Assembly (NCBI GenBank): GCA_010909165.1
Contig: MU008169.1
Coordinates: 310,001 to 374,000, forward strand
Direction of reading: 5' to 3'
Origin: Anthoceros angustus
Taxonomy: Eukaryota; Plantae; Anthocerotophyta
DNA: 64,000 bases
Part shown: one piece after another, positions 33,900 to 46,724 of the stretch
Numbering within the stretch: position 1 is the first letter of the stretch
Layout: every line of letters starts with the position of its first letter
The notes under the pieces: model-generated
Seen by the model: the letters and a program-made list of their open reading frames with translations, nothing else
Database searches by the model: none
Told to the model about the DNA's origin: nothing
Made by a program: the position numbers and the translations under genes

Positions 33900-35700
33900 G
33901 CCAGAAGGCCATATCCTTCCTAAACAATACAATAAAGGACTAGATTAGCTTGTACCATCCGCCAAACTCACGACTCCTTCCAGAAGTGCGAAGGAAGGTA
34001 AGGAATGCTTGAAGTTCCCCATGATTACCTAGTTTCCACTCGAAGAACTCATACCTTCCAATTTTCAACGTTTTCACTCCGGCCGTCACTTGATGCATCC
34101 AGAGGTGCATCCTAAGAGTTTCAAGTCCCTGGTCTTCCATCTTGCTCAGAACCCCGCAACCTGCTCCGAACCAAGCCGCCGAGCCCCGACGGACTAGGAG
34201 GGAAGCGAAGAAGAGGCGCCGCCCACCGTTCAAGGATGCCTCAGCGCCTTACCTTTGCCAACGGAGTGGTAGGAGGCGGAAGAGGCAGTGAGGAGGGTGG
34301 AACGCGATGCAGCCCAAGGCGCTGGGGGTCACTGGCAGCAACCCCACCCCAAGCCAATTCTATCTCCTATGCGGAGGGGAAAGCGGGCCAGCTCTCGGAC
34401 CCCCTCACCACCTCCGGACCCCAAGCGAAAGCGAGCAGAGAAGGAGTTAGCGGCGAAGAGAGCTAAGGAGGTGGAAGGTTGGCTCAGGACGGACATGACC
34501 TAAGGGTCCTGATTGGATCCGAAGTCCCGTGTCTGAACGGGGAAGTCGGACCCTTGGGGGAAACTCCGGACTTGGATGTCCGAAGATTAGAGAGGACGGA
34601 CCCTAAGGTGCGGACTCACGAGGCGAGGACGGACCCCGAGGTCCGGACTCAGGAGCGAGGACGGACCCCGAGGTCCAGACTCAGGAAGAGAGGACAGACC
34701 CCGAGGTCCGGACACAGGAGGAGAAGACGGACCCCGAGGTTCGGGCTCAGGAGGGGGGAACGAGTCCAGTAGTTCTAACCTCGGGAGTGGAGATAGGGGC
34801 GGTTGAGAGTCAATCTCAACCAACCCAGGAAGAACGGGCTCTGGACGGACCCGCGGGGCAGGGACCCATCAGCGTGCTAGTGGACAGTGAGGAGGAGGAC
34901 TTAGTGGTCACCGCAGTTGTCAGTCCACCGCCAGTGGCGCAGCCTGACAAAATTGGAGGCAGGGAAAGATCCTCCGCGGGACTCCGGGGGTCGCGGATCA
35001 TCCGATTAGGTGCGCCGCAAATGCCAGAGCTGGGGATTGCGCTGCCAGCACCAGGGAGGAATCATGGACAACCACAGCCCCACCGCCGTGGACGTAGGTA
35101 GGGAAAATAGGGGAGAAGGAGGGCCACTTGCTAGGGCATATTGAGCTAGACATTAGCTTGGATTAGGGGTGTAATAATGGCACTCCCTCAGAACGTAGTA
35201 TAAGAGGGCGATTGACACTCAAGTAAAGGGATCTTTCTTTTGGGGTTGATACCGCGCTATCTTTGAAGGCCCTTGTGTGTCCCTTGCTACCGCGAGTCCT
35301 GAGTCACTAAGCGGGCAGACTACTCCGGAGAGACTGATCCAGGTCCTGGTGACGGACCCTAACTCGTGGTGGTGTGTGTATAGGTGCGGAGGACTCCGGA
35401 CCCCTGCTCCTCCCGGACAGAGGTTTGACGACCGACGGACTAGAGGGGGCGCGAGTAGCCAGACTCCGAGAGGGCGTGCAGAGCCTGGATGGAGAGACCT
35501 GGTGGATGCGACGAGGAGGTCTGCAGCCCACATATGCCTGATCGTGAACCTCAACTGGCATATTGAGTGCAAGCAAGAATGCTAGGAGAAACTAAGTGAG
35601 GGAGGGGGTAAGTGAAGATCGGTAGATTTCGAACGCAAACGGGTCCTTAAACGTCTGGCCATCCCAGGCCTGTACGGTGAACGAGTAGAGTGACGTAGAG
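33900..35700 (+). mobile_element. Probable degenerate retroelement-derived sequence with an internal ~30-33 bp GC-rich tandem array (34590-34755)
   Basis: Broken low-complexity ORFs, gaggacggaccccgaggtccggactcag x5, and a purine tract at 35097-35123 followed by a TATA-containing segment. No diagnostic TE domain was recognised. Confidence 0.35.
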
Positions 35701-36599
35701 AAGGGTAGGCTAACCGCAGCCCGGGGAGGAAACAAACGCGTTGAGGCGGGTGACCTCAGGTAAGCCATCGTCCCTTAACGACGAAGAGCGTTTGGCAACG
35801 GACGTGTATAAATGGAACAAGACATTCCCTTGGGAACGGACCCCATATTGCAACGACACAGGACCGGTGCGCGCCCGGCTGACCGTCAGTGAAAGTAGCG
35901 TCACAGCAATTTGAAAGGACCAAGCTTGTGGGGGATTGACGAAGGCCAAGGTGTGGTGACCAGGGGAAAGCGGATTCAGGGCGCACTTGCGCAGGCATGC
36001 CAGCTGTGAGAAGGCTCTTGAAAATTCACACTAATCACGCTCATTCGATTTGAAACAGATACTCAGAATAGCCATGGCCTGAGATTTATGAGATAAACCT
36101 TGAGATGTGTGTAAATGGGTGATGGAGAAGCGTCCCTGCTTAGCCCTAGGGTCAAATATGCCAAGCGTGGACGCGTATTAATCAAATGGCCATCATAGCC
36201 ATTGGCAAGGAGGACATTTTGGGTACCTAGCTTCATCTTCAAGACTGTTTTTGTGAGACCAGGCCATCCTTTAGGACCTGTTCCATGTCACATGTATGGA
36301 AGACATCGTGTATGGTGATTTTTCATGAGTCTGCTTTATTGGAAATCTGTCTATTGAGCCTACACTAGGCTTGGACTATTGTTTTCATGTGACCACTTGT
36401 GTTTTGAGCATTTCCACGCCTCATGACCAGGTCGTGTTTTTTCTACCCATGTATACTAGCATCAATCGTTTAGAGTCCCATCATTTGTGTGAGGGCCCAT
36501 CATTTGTATGAGGAGCCCATACGAGAGGAGGAGAGGTATTTGGAAAGCACAACATAAGCCCATGGTCATATGTCATCAGTTTCATCGCGAGTAGGTTCT

Positions 36600-36731
36600 A
36601 TTACTTATCTATTTGGGAGAAAGCCTAGGAGCAGCTGACCCTCAAAGACAGTTGTATTACTTATCTATTTGGGAGAAGGCCTAGGAGCAGCCGACCCTCA
36701 AAGACGGGTTGTATTTCTTATTTGTTTGGGA
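36600..36731. repeat. ~56-bp tandem repeat x2.3
   Basis: tattacttatctatttgggagaa(a/g)gcctaggagcagc(t/c)gaccctcaaagac repeated. Confidence 0.8.
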
Positions 36732-37309
36732 ATGGAGTGTAGTAATGCAAACTACGAAAGGAAAGAATGCAAAACAAAGGAGATGGTGGCCGGACTCATT
36801 TTTAACCGGTCTCATATGCAATGTATTAATTTTAAAATAAAACTTTCATACACGAACTTCGGCTACCTATCTCCTTTTTACTTCTCCCATTCTTCCTATT
36901 TATAGAAGGCGGCCCATATAAACCCACCTTTTGAAAGTAACGTTCACCCTTTTGTCGGTTTAGGTCTTAAGTCAGCCCACAAATTCGGAGCAACTTCACG
37001 TTCGTATCAAAACTGCTCCCGTGACATACCAGAGACATATAGTGACATACCTAGACGACTTCAGTTCCTGTGCGAGCAGCTCTCATGCGAGCTGCTCCCA
37101 AAACAGAACAGAAGATCATTTACCCACAGAGTTTCAACATGCACGCTAGTCTCAGTTTGGAAAAGTTTGAGCGAGAAGACTGCAGCACTCCCGGGGTAAA
37201 ACAAGAGCGCAAGAGCACGATGTGCTCTGTTTCCTTCAGCCCACAACTGCAAGCTAAAAGCAAAAGTACTGCAGTTGAAGTTGAAACGGCAGGGCGATGG
37301 AGCCTGCGC

Positions 37310-38405
37310 TCAGCCCTCCTGCATGGGAGCCGCCCCCTCTGCAGGGTTCGCGGGAGGAGTGCTCCTGGTGGCAGCGGCTAGCAAATCCCTAGCCTGCCCG
37401 CTCGCAACCGCCTGCTCTACAGCCTTGACAGCCTCCTGTGCGGCGCCCGTCAATGCGCTGCCCTGTAAGCTCTGGTTCAGGTCCAAGCCCTCGCCTCCGG
37501 CAGCGGCAGCATCTGGATTGCTCTTACCCTCACCCTCTGCCGCCTCATGTGCCGCCCCATTGCTCTCCTCCGCCTTCCCTGGGACTGCCCTACCGTTCGT
37601 GCTTCTTTCCCCGTCCCCGTGGCTGCCCCCGTTCGCCTTCTCCCCGTTCGCCTCTGCCGCCGCGTTGCTCCCGGGCGACTGCTCCGGGAAGAGCTTCGCG
37701 GATTTCTTCGGCTGCTCCTCCTGCTCCGCCTGCGTCACCTCCGCCTCCTCCGCCCCGTTCGTCGCGCCCTGCGCAGCCATAGCCATAGCCGCACAGCAGC
37801 GGCATTTTGTGGGCATCCATCATTTAGTGGGCACCCAACATTTAGTGGGCACCCAACATTTTGTGGGCGCCCAACATTTCTTGGCTCACACGACTCTCGA
37901 ACAGGAATAACAACATCCTGGCTCACCTTTTTGGCTACCGCTTCCTCCGCAAGCTCCACGGCTTCCGCCTGCAGCTCCGCAACCTTCTGCAGCGCCTGGA
38001 GCCGCTCAATTGGAAGAACCCAGCAGCAGATTAGGCGGCAAAACATGCAAGAAAACGTTAGCGGCAAGAAAAAGGGAAGCCCACAACGCATGCCCGGTTC
38101 CGATACCTCCTCCGCCCCGGCCTTGGCCTCCGCCGCCTCCGCGGCCAGCTGCTGCGCCCGCTTCCGAGTCGACTCCGACTTGGCGAGCTCTGGAGTCTTC
38201 TTTACGCTCTGCAGAAACGATGAAATTTGCATGAAAGGCAAAGGGACAGGCGGAGGAAAAGGCACCGACCTTGCATGAAAACATGGCGTGGTGGGCTGTA
38301 GTGCATGCAAATGCTCACCTCCTTGGGTTGTTGCTTGCCGCTTTCTTCACGACCCGCGTCCAAAGCCTGCTGCACATCGCGGGGGGCGGCCTTGGCCTGC
38401 GCCAT
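37310..38405 (-). CDS. Ala/Glu/Gly-rich hydrophilic, probably disordered (LEA-like) protein, 4 exons
   Basis: Phase-0 GT-AG exons about 38405-38319 (MAQAKAAPRD...QPKE), 38209-38108 (SVKKTPELAK...GAEE), ~37996-37927 (ALQKVAELQAEAVELAEEAVAKK) and ~37768-37310 (GATNGAEEAE...PMQEG*). No known domain was recognised. Confidence 0.7.
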
Positions 38406-39025
38406 GGTATGTATGTACCGGTATGCCCTGGTCCCGATGCACCGGCCGCGGCAACAGGAAAAAACAAGAGCGGAGGTCCCGCGAGCGATCTGTCGCCGCG
38501 TGAGTTGCACAAACCGCGCTTCAGGATCGGCAGGAAAAATGTGGCGGATGGGCTGTGTGCAGATGAGCCTGGCGCACAGGTGGTCAAATTGCGGGCTTTT
38601 TCTTGATCGATTGCCTGCTTCTTCTTGCAAAGGCTGCACCTCTCTTGCGGTCCTACACGTGTTGTGCTCGCCCGAGCCCGACACCTGGACCGGCTCGCCA
38701 CGCGGGGCAGGCTTGAGATTGGGTTCGAACTCGGGTAAACTCCCGGGTGTGGTTAAGTTAGTTGGAACTTGGCTCATGCTTGCCGGGCTTGCTCGCTTGT
38801 TCGCGCGCCAGAAGTGGTAGTCGTATGGCGCACTCCACTCGGCATGGCAGGGAATGATGGAGATGGCGGATGCCGGAGCGTGAACTAGGTCGGAGCGGAG
38901 CGTGAAGGCGAAGGAACGCGGAAGGCGGGAGGGCGTCGGCGCGTGATGCGGTTGAGGAGAGCTACCCCGGGGGCGACGATGGCGGCCAGCTGAGGCTGCA
39001 GCGGGCGGTGCAGAGAGGAGAGGAG

Positions 39026-40201
39026 ATGGACGTGTCTGTTGAGCGGGTGCTGTTTTCCGGCGCGACGCTGGCGCACATCGTGCAGGAGTGCAAGGCGACG
39101 GCAGGGGACTGCGACGGGCTGCTGTTCGGGCATGTGCGGCAGCAGACGATACCGAGCCTGCAGGATGAGGAGGGGCCTGCGACGCGGGAGGAGGTTTCCG
39201 CGATGGTGACGGGGCATTTCTCGTCGGGGAGGGTGATGAGCTTCTACGATGCGGTAGGCTCGATCGACCGGGCCAGGCTCGGGGCCATGGTCGGGGACAG
39301 GGAGGCGAGAGGAGCGGATCCGCTCATCGGGTGGTACATTGCGAGGAGGAATTCCTCCATGCGGCCGTCCATGCGGGAGACTGCGGTAACCGCGTACTTG
39401 AAGCGGAGTGCCGGAGCTGATGCAGGCAGGGGGAGGGAGAGTGGTGGTGCGGTCGCTCAGGTTGCGGGAGATGCGCACAAGGCGAGTGCGGATCCGGGTT
39501 TGCAGCGGGTGTCGCAGGCGGGGAGGGGCGTGGGAGTGAGATCGAGGCCGGGTAGGGCTGCGGTGTCCGACTTGGCTGTAGGCGGGAACGACGGGGCACA
39601 GAATGATGCAGGGGTGAAGGTTGCAGAGAGTCATGTGAAAGTGCAGGGAGCAGGGCTGCCTGCTTCTGCTCCGTGTCTTTTTTTACTCATGGCTGAGTCT
39701 GAGACTCAGAATATGGTGCTTACTCATGACTACCGGGCGTTTCAGTATCATCCCAGGGCTCAGGGGCGGGGGTCCTTCCAACCCCGGCCTGTCAGCATTG
39801 TGAATATTGGTCCCGTGTTTCGTGGACAGTATGATGCGTTTGCACCTTTTGCCCCTTTTCCTCCCTTGACAGGGATTGTGAATGAGCTGGATGACGAGGA
39901 TGGAAGCGAAGGTGCTGGCTGGCAAGGAAACCGGAGTATGTTTCGGAAGGTAGGCGGCGGGAAGGACGTGGAGGCTGCACAGGCGCTTCTGAACGTCTAC
40001 GCTGACGGGTTTTCTATGGACACTCTTGTCGAGCTGGTCAGACCTGATAGATTAGGATGCTCAACGGAGCTAGAAGATTTGTATGCAAGGATGCTGTCCA
40101 AGCTGGAGGTTGTTGCAAAGCGGGTGCAGGAGAGCACTGCAGCTCTGGCTGAGCAGGAAACGTTGAGAGCCAAGATAAGAGCTGAGAGTGAGCATGTCTA
40201 G
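39026..40201 (+). CDS. Abraxas/ABRO1-like (FAM175) inactive MPN-domain protein, intronless
   Basis: VLFSGATLAHIVQ...GDCDGLLFG...SFYDAVGSID...LIGWYIARRNSSMRPSMRE...THDYRAFQ...IVNIGP, followed by a C-terminal coiled coil. Confidence 0.82.
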   Translation: MDVSVERVLFSGATLAHIVQECKATAGDCDGLLFGHVRQQTIPSLQDEEGPATREEVSAMVTGHFSSGRVMSFYDAVGSIDRARLGAMVGDREARGADPLIGWYIARRNSSMRPSMRETAVTAYLKRSAGADAGRGRESGGAVAQVAGDAHKASADPGLQRVSQAGRGVGVRSRPGRAAVSDLAVGGNDGAQNDAGVKVAESHVKVQGAGLPASAPCLFLLMAESETQNMVLTHDYRAFQYHPRAQGRGSFQPRPVSIVNIGPVFRGQYDAFAPFAPFPPLTGIVNELDDEDGSEGAGWQGNRSMFRKVGGGKDVEAAQALLNVYADGFSMDTLVELVRPDRLGCSTELEDLYARMLSKLEVVAKRVQESTAALAEQETLRAKIRAESEHV

Positions 40202-40717
40202 CCTGACGGCACTCATTATCCATTTATTCTGACCTCTTTGGAACCAGAGTTTTGAAGTTGTATCAAGCCTGAAGCCTCAGATTTGGCTTGACATTATTAG
40301 CCTACCAACAATCGAGGTTTTGACGAGGTGCACATATTCAAGCACTACATACATCGTGACCGCAGGGCTGGAGGAAGTATTATGTTGCTGGTGTCACACA
40401 GATGCCGGGCGTTCTTTGCTTTCAGACCTTCACTGCTGCTGGTGCAGCTAGCTGGAAACAGTTGTGATGCAGCTTCGAACAGCAACAGGTCCCGGGGGGT
40501 AGTTCCAGCTGGTTTCAAGGATGCTTTATCCATTCAGTAACCCTGTAACAATGTCGGAGGTTCTAAATCAACTTCTGGTTCTCCTTTTTCGTTTTCCAAC
40601 CTGTGCTTTCCCCTGCGTTTTCAAAAGAACGAATCTCGAATTCTCACAAAATCTGGGGAAAATTGCTCATTTCCACTACGTAATCACTTGATTCCAAAGA
40701 GGTGCGGCACAGACGAG

Positions 40718-40981
40718 AACCCTTATCGGAGAAGAGGGATGCAATAGTTACGTGAACCCTTATTGGAGAAGAAAGCAGTTGGAACGTTAACTACTCTTTT
40801 CTATAAAGGTATCAACCCTTATCGAAGAAGGATGCAATGGGACTGTTAATTGCTGTTTTCTACTCTTTTCTATAAAGGTATCACGATATAGGTATCAACA
40901 TTTACCGGAGAAGAAGGATGCAATCGGACTGTTAATTACTCTTTTCTACTCTGCTAATTTCTCTTTTCTATAAAGGTATCA
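40718..40981. repeat. Degenerate tandem repeats
   Basis: aacccttatcggagaag...gatgcaat and ctcttttctataaaggtatc each recur 3-4 times. Confidence 0.65.
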
Positions 40982-41485
40982 GGCTTGCCTAGGCAGCAAG
41001 GCCATTATTTCTACCTCACTATTGATATAACACACTCCACAGTCTTACCTAAGAAATGAAAGCACTCCAGAGTCTTACGTTAGAAATTAGAGGCCTTCTA
41101 CGGTTCATGAAACCTTCCTCTGCGATGCAGGGCAAGGCAATGACGATGGTCAAGTGAGCTATGGACACACGAGGTCAACCGATGCAATGACCTATAGGTT
41201 GACGCAAGAAGTCCCTACATGCTGACACGAGAAGTCGCCACGAAGGTAATGGAAGTAGGCACCTGCAATGGCCACACTGAGTCACACACACACACAAATA
41301 GATGGAATTCTCAGGCACATCAAGCTTCCTATAATACCAACCAGCAATGAGTCACTAGGCACACGGCATACATGCACAAGGGCAACACAGGGAGAGGAGA
41401 AGTGGAAAACTTGAGGTAAAAGATGCTGATCGTATTACATTGGAAGAAGTAGAACCATTATAGCCTACGTGTTCTTGTGCTTGTG

Positions 41486-41548
41486 TGCAAGGTGCAAGGT
41501 GCAAGGTGCAAGGTGCAAGGTGCAAGGTGCAAGGTGCAAGGTGCAAGG
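41486..41548. repeat. (TGCAAGG)9 perfect microsatellite inside the Copia LTR
   Basis: Nine perfect heptamers. Confidence 0.95.
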
Positions 41549-41799
41549 GATGCCGTGAAGAGACGTAATGTTTCGGGTGATGGGTTGTGTCCTTTTGAGT
41601 TCCATTGTGACCTATCAATTGAGCCAGTCTTGAGCTTGGGCGGTAGCTCCTTATTTTGGCTCAGTTCAAGTGGCCTCAAGAAGACTGTGAGGGGTTACGT
41701 ACCAGTTATGGTGTCGACTAGACCTAGAGATGTTGTAAGAGTCTCATGACGGGCTCTGCCTAATGATTTCGTGAGAAGGTCGGTAAGGTTGGATTCTGT

Positions 41800-44090
41800 A
41801 GGGACGTAAACTCATTTGACGATACTCTTAACTGCTAGGTGTTTGATGAAGTGATAAGCTACTTCCAAGTGCTTAGTCCTAGCTAGCATGAAATCTATCG
41901 CCTTTCGTTGGTGCTATAACTGGTATGTTGTCGCAACGTAGGATTATAGGGTCAACTTGTGCATGGCCAAGATCTTCTACAATTTGCCTACAATGGACGG
42001 TCTCCTTACCTGCCTTTGAGAGGGCCCCATACTCACTTTGAGCACTTGAAAAAGCAATGGTGGCACGGTTTTTGCTTGACCACGGGATTGCAGAGCCACC
42101 AACGATGAAAATGTATGCTGCAATACTCTGACGGGCATCAGGATCGGACGCCCAATCTGCATTTGTCCAGCAATAGCCCTCAAAGTTGACCACGTCGGTA
42201 GTGGATCTCTTGTAAGTAATTCAAAGGTAAGCACTTTGTGCTCTTTAAGTATGGGTAGATTCTCTTCACGCACATCCAGTGTGCCATGCCTGGGTTATAC
42301 ATAAATTTTGCGACGCTGGACGCAATATTTGAAGTGTCATAACGTGTTCAAGCATAAAGGTAGATGAGGCTGCCGACGACACTTAGATATGGCACCTTAG
42401 CCATGTCCGATTCTTTTCTACATCGGTCGTAGGACAGCCAGTGGAGGTGAGCTTGACTCCAGTCAAGCTCACCTCAGGGTTAGTGCATGACGTGCATCTG
42501 AAAGCTTGAACTTGTCCAAAATTTTGAGAACATATTTGGACTAGAGAAGAGTACTAGTCATCGTACCTGCCTCTCCACCCCGTCGGATTCGCACTCCAAA
42601 GTAGAATTCCAAGGGTCCTAAATATCTCATATTGAACCTGGTAGAAAGCATTTCCTTAAAATCCACGAGCAATTTTCTTGGTTCATTCGTGACTTGGATG
42701 CAGTTGTCAACGTATAGAGCTAGCACAAGGAATTGCTCTCCTTTTCATATAAGATATAGGCTTTGGTCAACTAAGGTTTTGACAAAGCCATTTTCGAGAA
42801 GGAAATCATGATCAATCAATTCGTAGAATTCAGCTAGTGATCGCTTGGGGCTATATAGGCCCTTGAGCGGCTTGCATACCCAGGAGGGTCGTTTGGCATC
42901 TACATACAAGGGTGGCTACTTCATGTAGATTGTCTCCTTCAGTGTAGCATAGAGAAATGCCACAGAGATGTCGAGCTGATGTACAGCAAGATCATACTCA
43001 GCTGCGAGTGCCAAGAGGAACATAACTGATTGGGCAATTACCACAAATGCGTAGATGTTGTCTCTGTAGTCAAGGCCGGGTCTTTGGCTGTAGCCCTTAA
43101 TCATACGCCTTGCTTTTAGCCTTTCTATGCTTATGCCAGATTTCAACGTGCGTTTCAATGTCCATTTACACCCTTGCGCCCTGGTGGGATTGGGGTTAGC
43201 ACCAAGTCTTAAGCTGAACGAGATAATCTTATTCATGTTGAACTGCCTTCATCCATCTTATTCCTTGTCAAGTGATATGAGTGCTTCAATTCTGAGCTTG
43301 CTGGCTCAAGCACACGAGTCACTGCCAGCATTACTCTTGCCATAAGGGTATCTAGGGCATCCATCTTAGTATTTGTCTCCGCAGGCGGATTTTCAATGTT
43401 TGGTTACATCAGGAGCCACATCTATGACAGTGCTATGCACTTGGAGTAGGACCTGGGACATAATAAGCATTGAGATAGCCAGGATGCCGACAAGCTCTTA
43501 TGGACTAGCGCCTCTCCAGGAATGAAAGTTGCGGCTGGTGGATTTACTCTTGCAAGAGCAGGATTTGCTCTAAGTTCAGTTGCGGCTTGAGGATTAAGAG
43601 CTTAGTCGATGTCCTCTTCTACACTTGCATCTACGACTTGAGGAAGCTATAGACCAGATTGAGCAGCAGATTGGTGCACGGGAGGATGCACTGCCAAGAG
43701 ATCGAGCTTGAGCATACAGCTTGGTGCACTGGCGGAAGCTAGGGAAGCTCAATTTCGACCATTTCCTCCTCCACATTGCCAGCGAGGGAGTCGAGGTCAA
43801 GGTAAGAGCCTATAATTCTCCCATTACCTCCTGCCCAAACACTCGAGGGGGAGTCCAGATGTTTGTGGAAATCAACACTCTGAGAAATCGTTAGCTGATG
43901 TCATTGTGGGTGGATGAGGTTATAGCCTATCACACCATTGATAAATCCAACAAACAGGAGATCCTGTGCTCAGGCGTCGAATCTACTAGTCATGGGATCA
44001 TAAGTGTGAAGCTTCGTCTTAGGGATCCAAGAGTAGGCATCTGACCCGAACACATGGAGGCGGGACAAGGAGGGCTTGGCCGATGTATTC
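41800..44090 (-). pseudogene. Copia pol remnant (integrase C-terminus, RT, RNase H)
   Basis: ORF fragments 41879-42193, 42541-42726 and 42916-43236 carry Copia RT/RNase H motifs in shifting frames. Confidence 0.88.
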
Positions 44091-44119
44091 ACACTAGGCC
44101 GCCTTTGCCGCTTCCGGTT

Positions 44120-44980
44120 GCTTCACGTTCTGCGGAGAAGTAGCTTCACAGCCTGCAACCCCACAACCTCCGTTCCAGCAGCCTCCAGGGATGGCTTCCG
44201 CTCAGCCGGGTCACCCCCAAGCGCCTCCTAATCCTCCGTGCTTCACGTTGAGAAGTAGCTTCACACTGCAACCCCACAACCTCCGTTCCAGCAGCCTCAA
44301 GGGATGGCTTCCGCCACGGTTACCCCCAAGCGCCTCCTAATCCTCCTACCGCTTCACGCTCATGGAGAAGTAGCTTCACACTGCAACCCCACCTCCGTTC
44401 CAGCCTCGTGGATGGCTTCCGCTCCGGGGTCACCCCAAGCGCCTCCTAATCCTCCTCAGTGCTTCACGTTGAGGAGAAGTAGCTTCACACTGCAACCCCA
44501 CAACCTCCGTTCCAGCAGCCTCCAGGGATGGCTTCCGCTCAGCCGGGTCACCCCCAAGCGCCTCCTAATCCTCCTACCGCTTCACGCTCATGGAGAAGTA
44601 GCCGCAGCCTGCAACCCCACAGCCTCCGTTCCAGCAGCCTCAAGGGATGGCTTCCGCCGGTCACCCCAAGCGCCTCCTAATCCTCCTACCGCTTCACGTT
44701 ACGTGAAGTAGCTTCACACCGCAACCCCACAGCCTCCGTTCCAGCAGCCTCCGTGGATGGCTTCCGCTCGGCCGGTCACCCCAAGCGCCTCCTAATCCTC
44801 CTACCGCTTCACGCTCATGGAGAAGTAGCTTCACACTGCAACCCCACAACCTCCGCTCCAGCAGCCTCCGTGGATGGCTTCCGCCGGTCACCCCAAGCGC
44901 CTCCTAATCCCTCTCGGCTACTTCACATTCTCATGGAGAAGTAGCTTCACACCGCAACCCCACCTCCGTTCCAGCCTCCT
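44120..44980. repeat. GC-rich ~110-120 bp tandem array, about 8 units, inside the Copia element
   Basis: cttcac..gagaagtagcttcacactgcaaccccacaacctccgttccagcagcctcc..ggatggcttccg..ggtcaccccaagcgcctcctaatcctcc restarts near 44120, 44240, 44351, 44461, 44579, 44691, 44805 and 44921. Confidence 0.9.
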
Positions 44981-46724
44981 AAGCTCAGTCCGACCGGTGC
45001 ACCCATCAAGCGTGTTGGCGGAGCTCGTCACCGAGCTCTAAACACATCCCTCTACCACCAATTAATCTTGCACGGTGACGCAGGAACTCACTCCGCTCCT
45101 CAAGCACGGAAGGCAAGAGCACACCGAGCGCGAAGATGGTACCCAGGATAGTCTGCCCGGTCTAGGGCTCCTAGGCCTCCTTATACTTCCCACACCCTAA
45201 TCTAACCCGCCTATGTATGTACCCTAACCCTGGGTCGTGGTAACCGCCAAGACGTAGCTCATCATTCCACCGGACTTCGTCCACCAGCTGCTTCCCCGCC
45301 AAGCAGCAGATCCGTTCTAGACTATGCCATCCGGACTAACCCGCCTGACCGGACTCCATCTTGACTAGGCCGCCCCGGCCGGACTTACTTCGTCGAACGC
45401 CGCCTGCTCGAGCCGCCACGGCCGGATTTACTCTGCCGAACGCCGGCCGGACGATCTCCGAACGCCGGCCGGACTTACTCCGCCGAACGCCGCCGGCCGG
45501 ATTTACTCCATCGAACGCCGCTCGGTCGGACTTACTCCGTCGAACGCCGCTCCAACGGACCATGTCTTCCCCTTCGCCGGATCACTCCATCCCGACGGAC
45601 TACCGACCAAGGCTGCTCGCGCCCTAACGGACCCAGGGTTTAGGGATTGCACTCTAAGTACAATCTGGCCAAAACGGCCTTATTGGCTAACTCCTCCCTA
45701 TCCCTCTTAACAGTAACGACCCGAAAAAAAACAAAACAAGCCTAAAACAAGTCGCCAGGAGTACGGACATCGGATTTGACACTCCACAGAAGCGTTCCTA
45801 GATATTTTGTGTTGTTGCGGCACCAAAGGTATAGTGTACCATATCCTTGTCAAGGTCGGCAGTCAACAAGTTACGAGCTCTTCTATCAATTTTAATCCAT
45901 TGGTCATAGGCTTAGGTTCCTAAGGAGGGGCAGAGGACGGACTCGTCGACTATCATCCTGAGGTTGGCGTGCTCGAGACGTCCTCTCATGCGAGTGGACC
46001 ATATGTCATAATCCACGACCGTAAACCTATCCCTTTCTTTGATTTCTATGCGTAGGCTACCGTTGCTCGGGTTGGAGTGTGAAGTCCCTCCACTAGCTGC
46101 ACCACCAACAGCACCACCACCAGCTCAGGTTCCACTACCATCGGCTTCTCCACCGGCAACACGTCCACTTTTAACTCCTCCTGATCTGGACATGGTTAAG
46201 GTTTCGTGCTTAGGGGTCTCAAAACGGTCTTAGGCGCTATTCGCAGCGCTGCACAACGAGGCGTTGGATTGAAGTCATCAGGTCGTTGTGCGCCTCCATC
46301 AAAGCTTTCACGTCTCAAAGTGTGACACCCACAAAGCTTTGTAGCAGGCAGGTCTCGGTGTTCTCTGTTGTTTCGTATGTGCTGTCGATTAATCCCTCTC
46401 ACCGTCCTACATTTGCAGCCGCAGTTGTGGGAGCTTGCAACATCGAGAGAAAATTGAGGGGCCGGAGATGTTGATATCCCTCATATGCTGGAGGTGGGGT
46501 TGGCCTTGCCCTATGACGGGCTCGCCTGTTAGTAGTCTCTAAAGGTTTCAGATCTCGAGCTAGGCTATGGACGAGTCCATTGAACAACATGAGTATTCAG
46601 GCTTTGATAACATGGAAAAATTGAGATAAAAGATGCTAATCGTATTACATTGGAAGAAGTAGAATCATTACAAAATGCGTGTTCTTGTGCTTGTATGTAG
46701 GGTGTAAGGGATATAGTGAAGGGA

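Noticed and set aside
38715-38760. GGTTCGAACTC B-box-like motif suggesting a tRNA or SINE
   Set aside because: No cloverleaf stems or properly spaced A-box could be formed.
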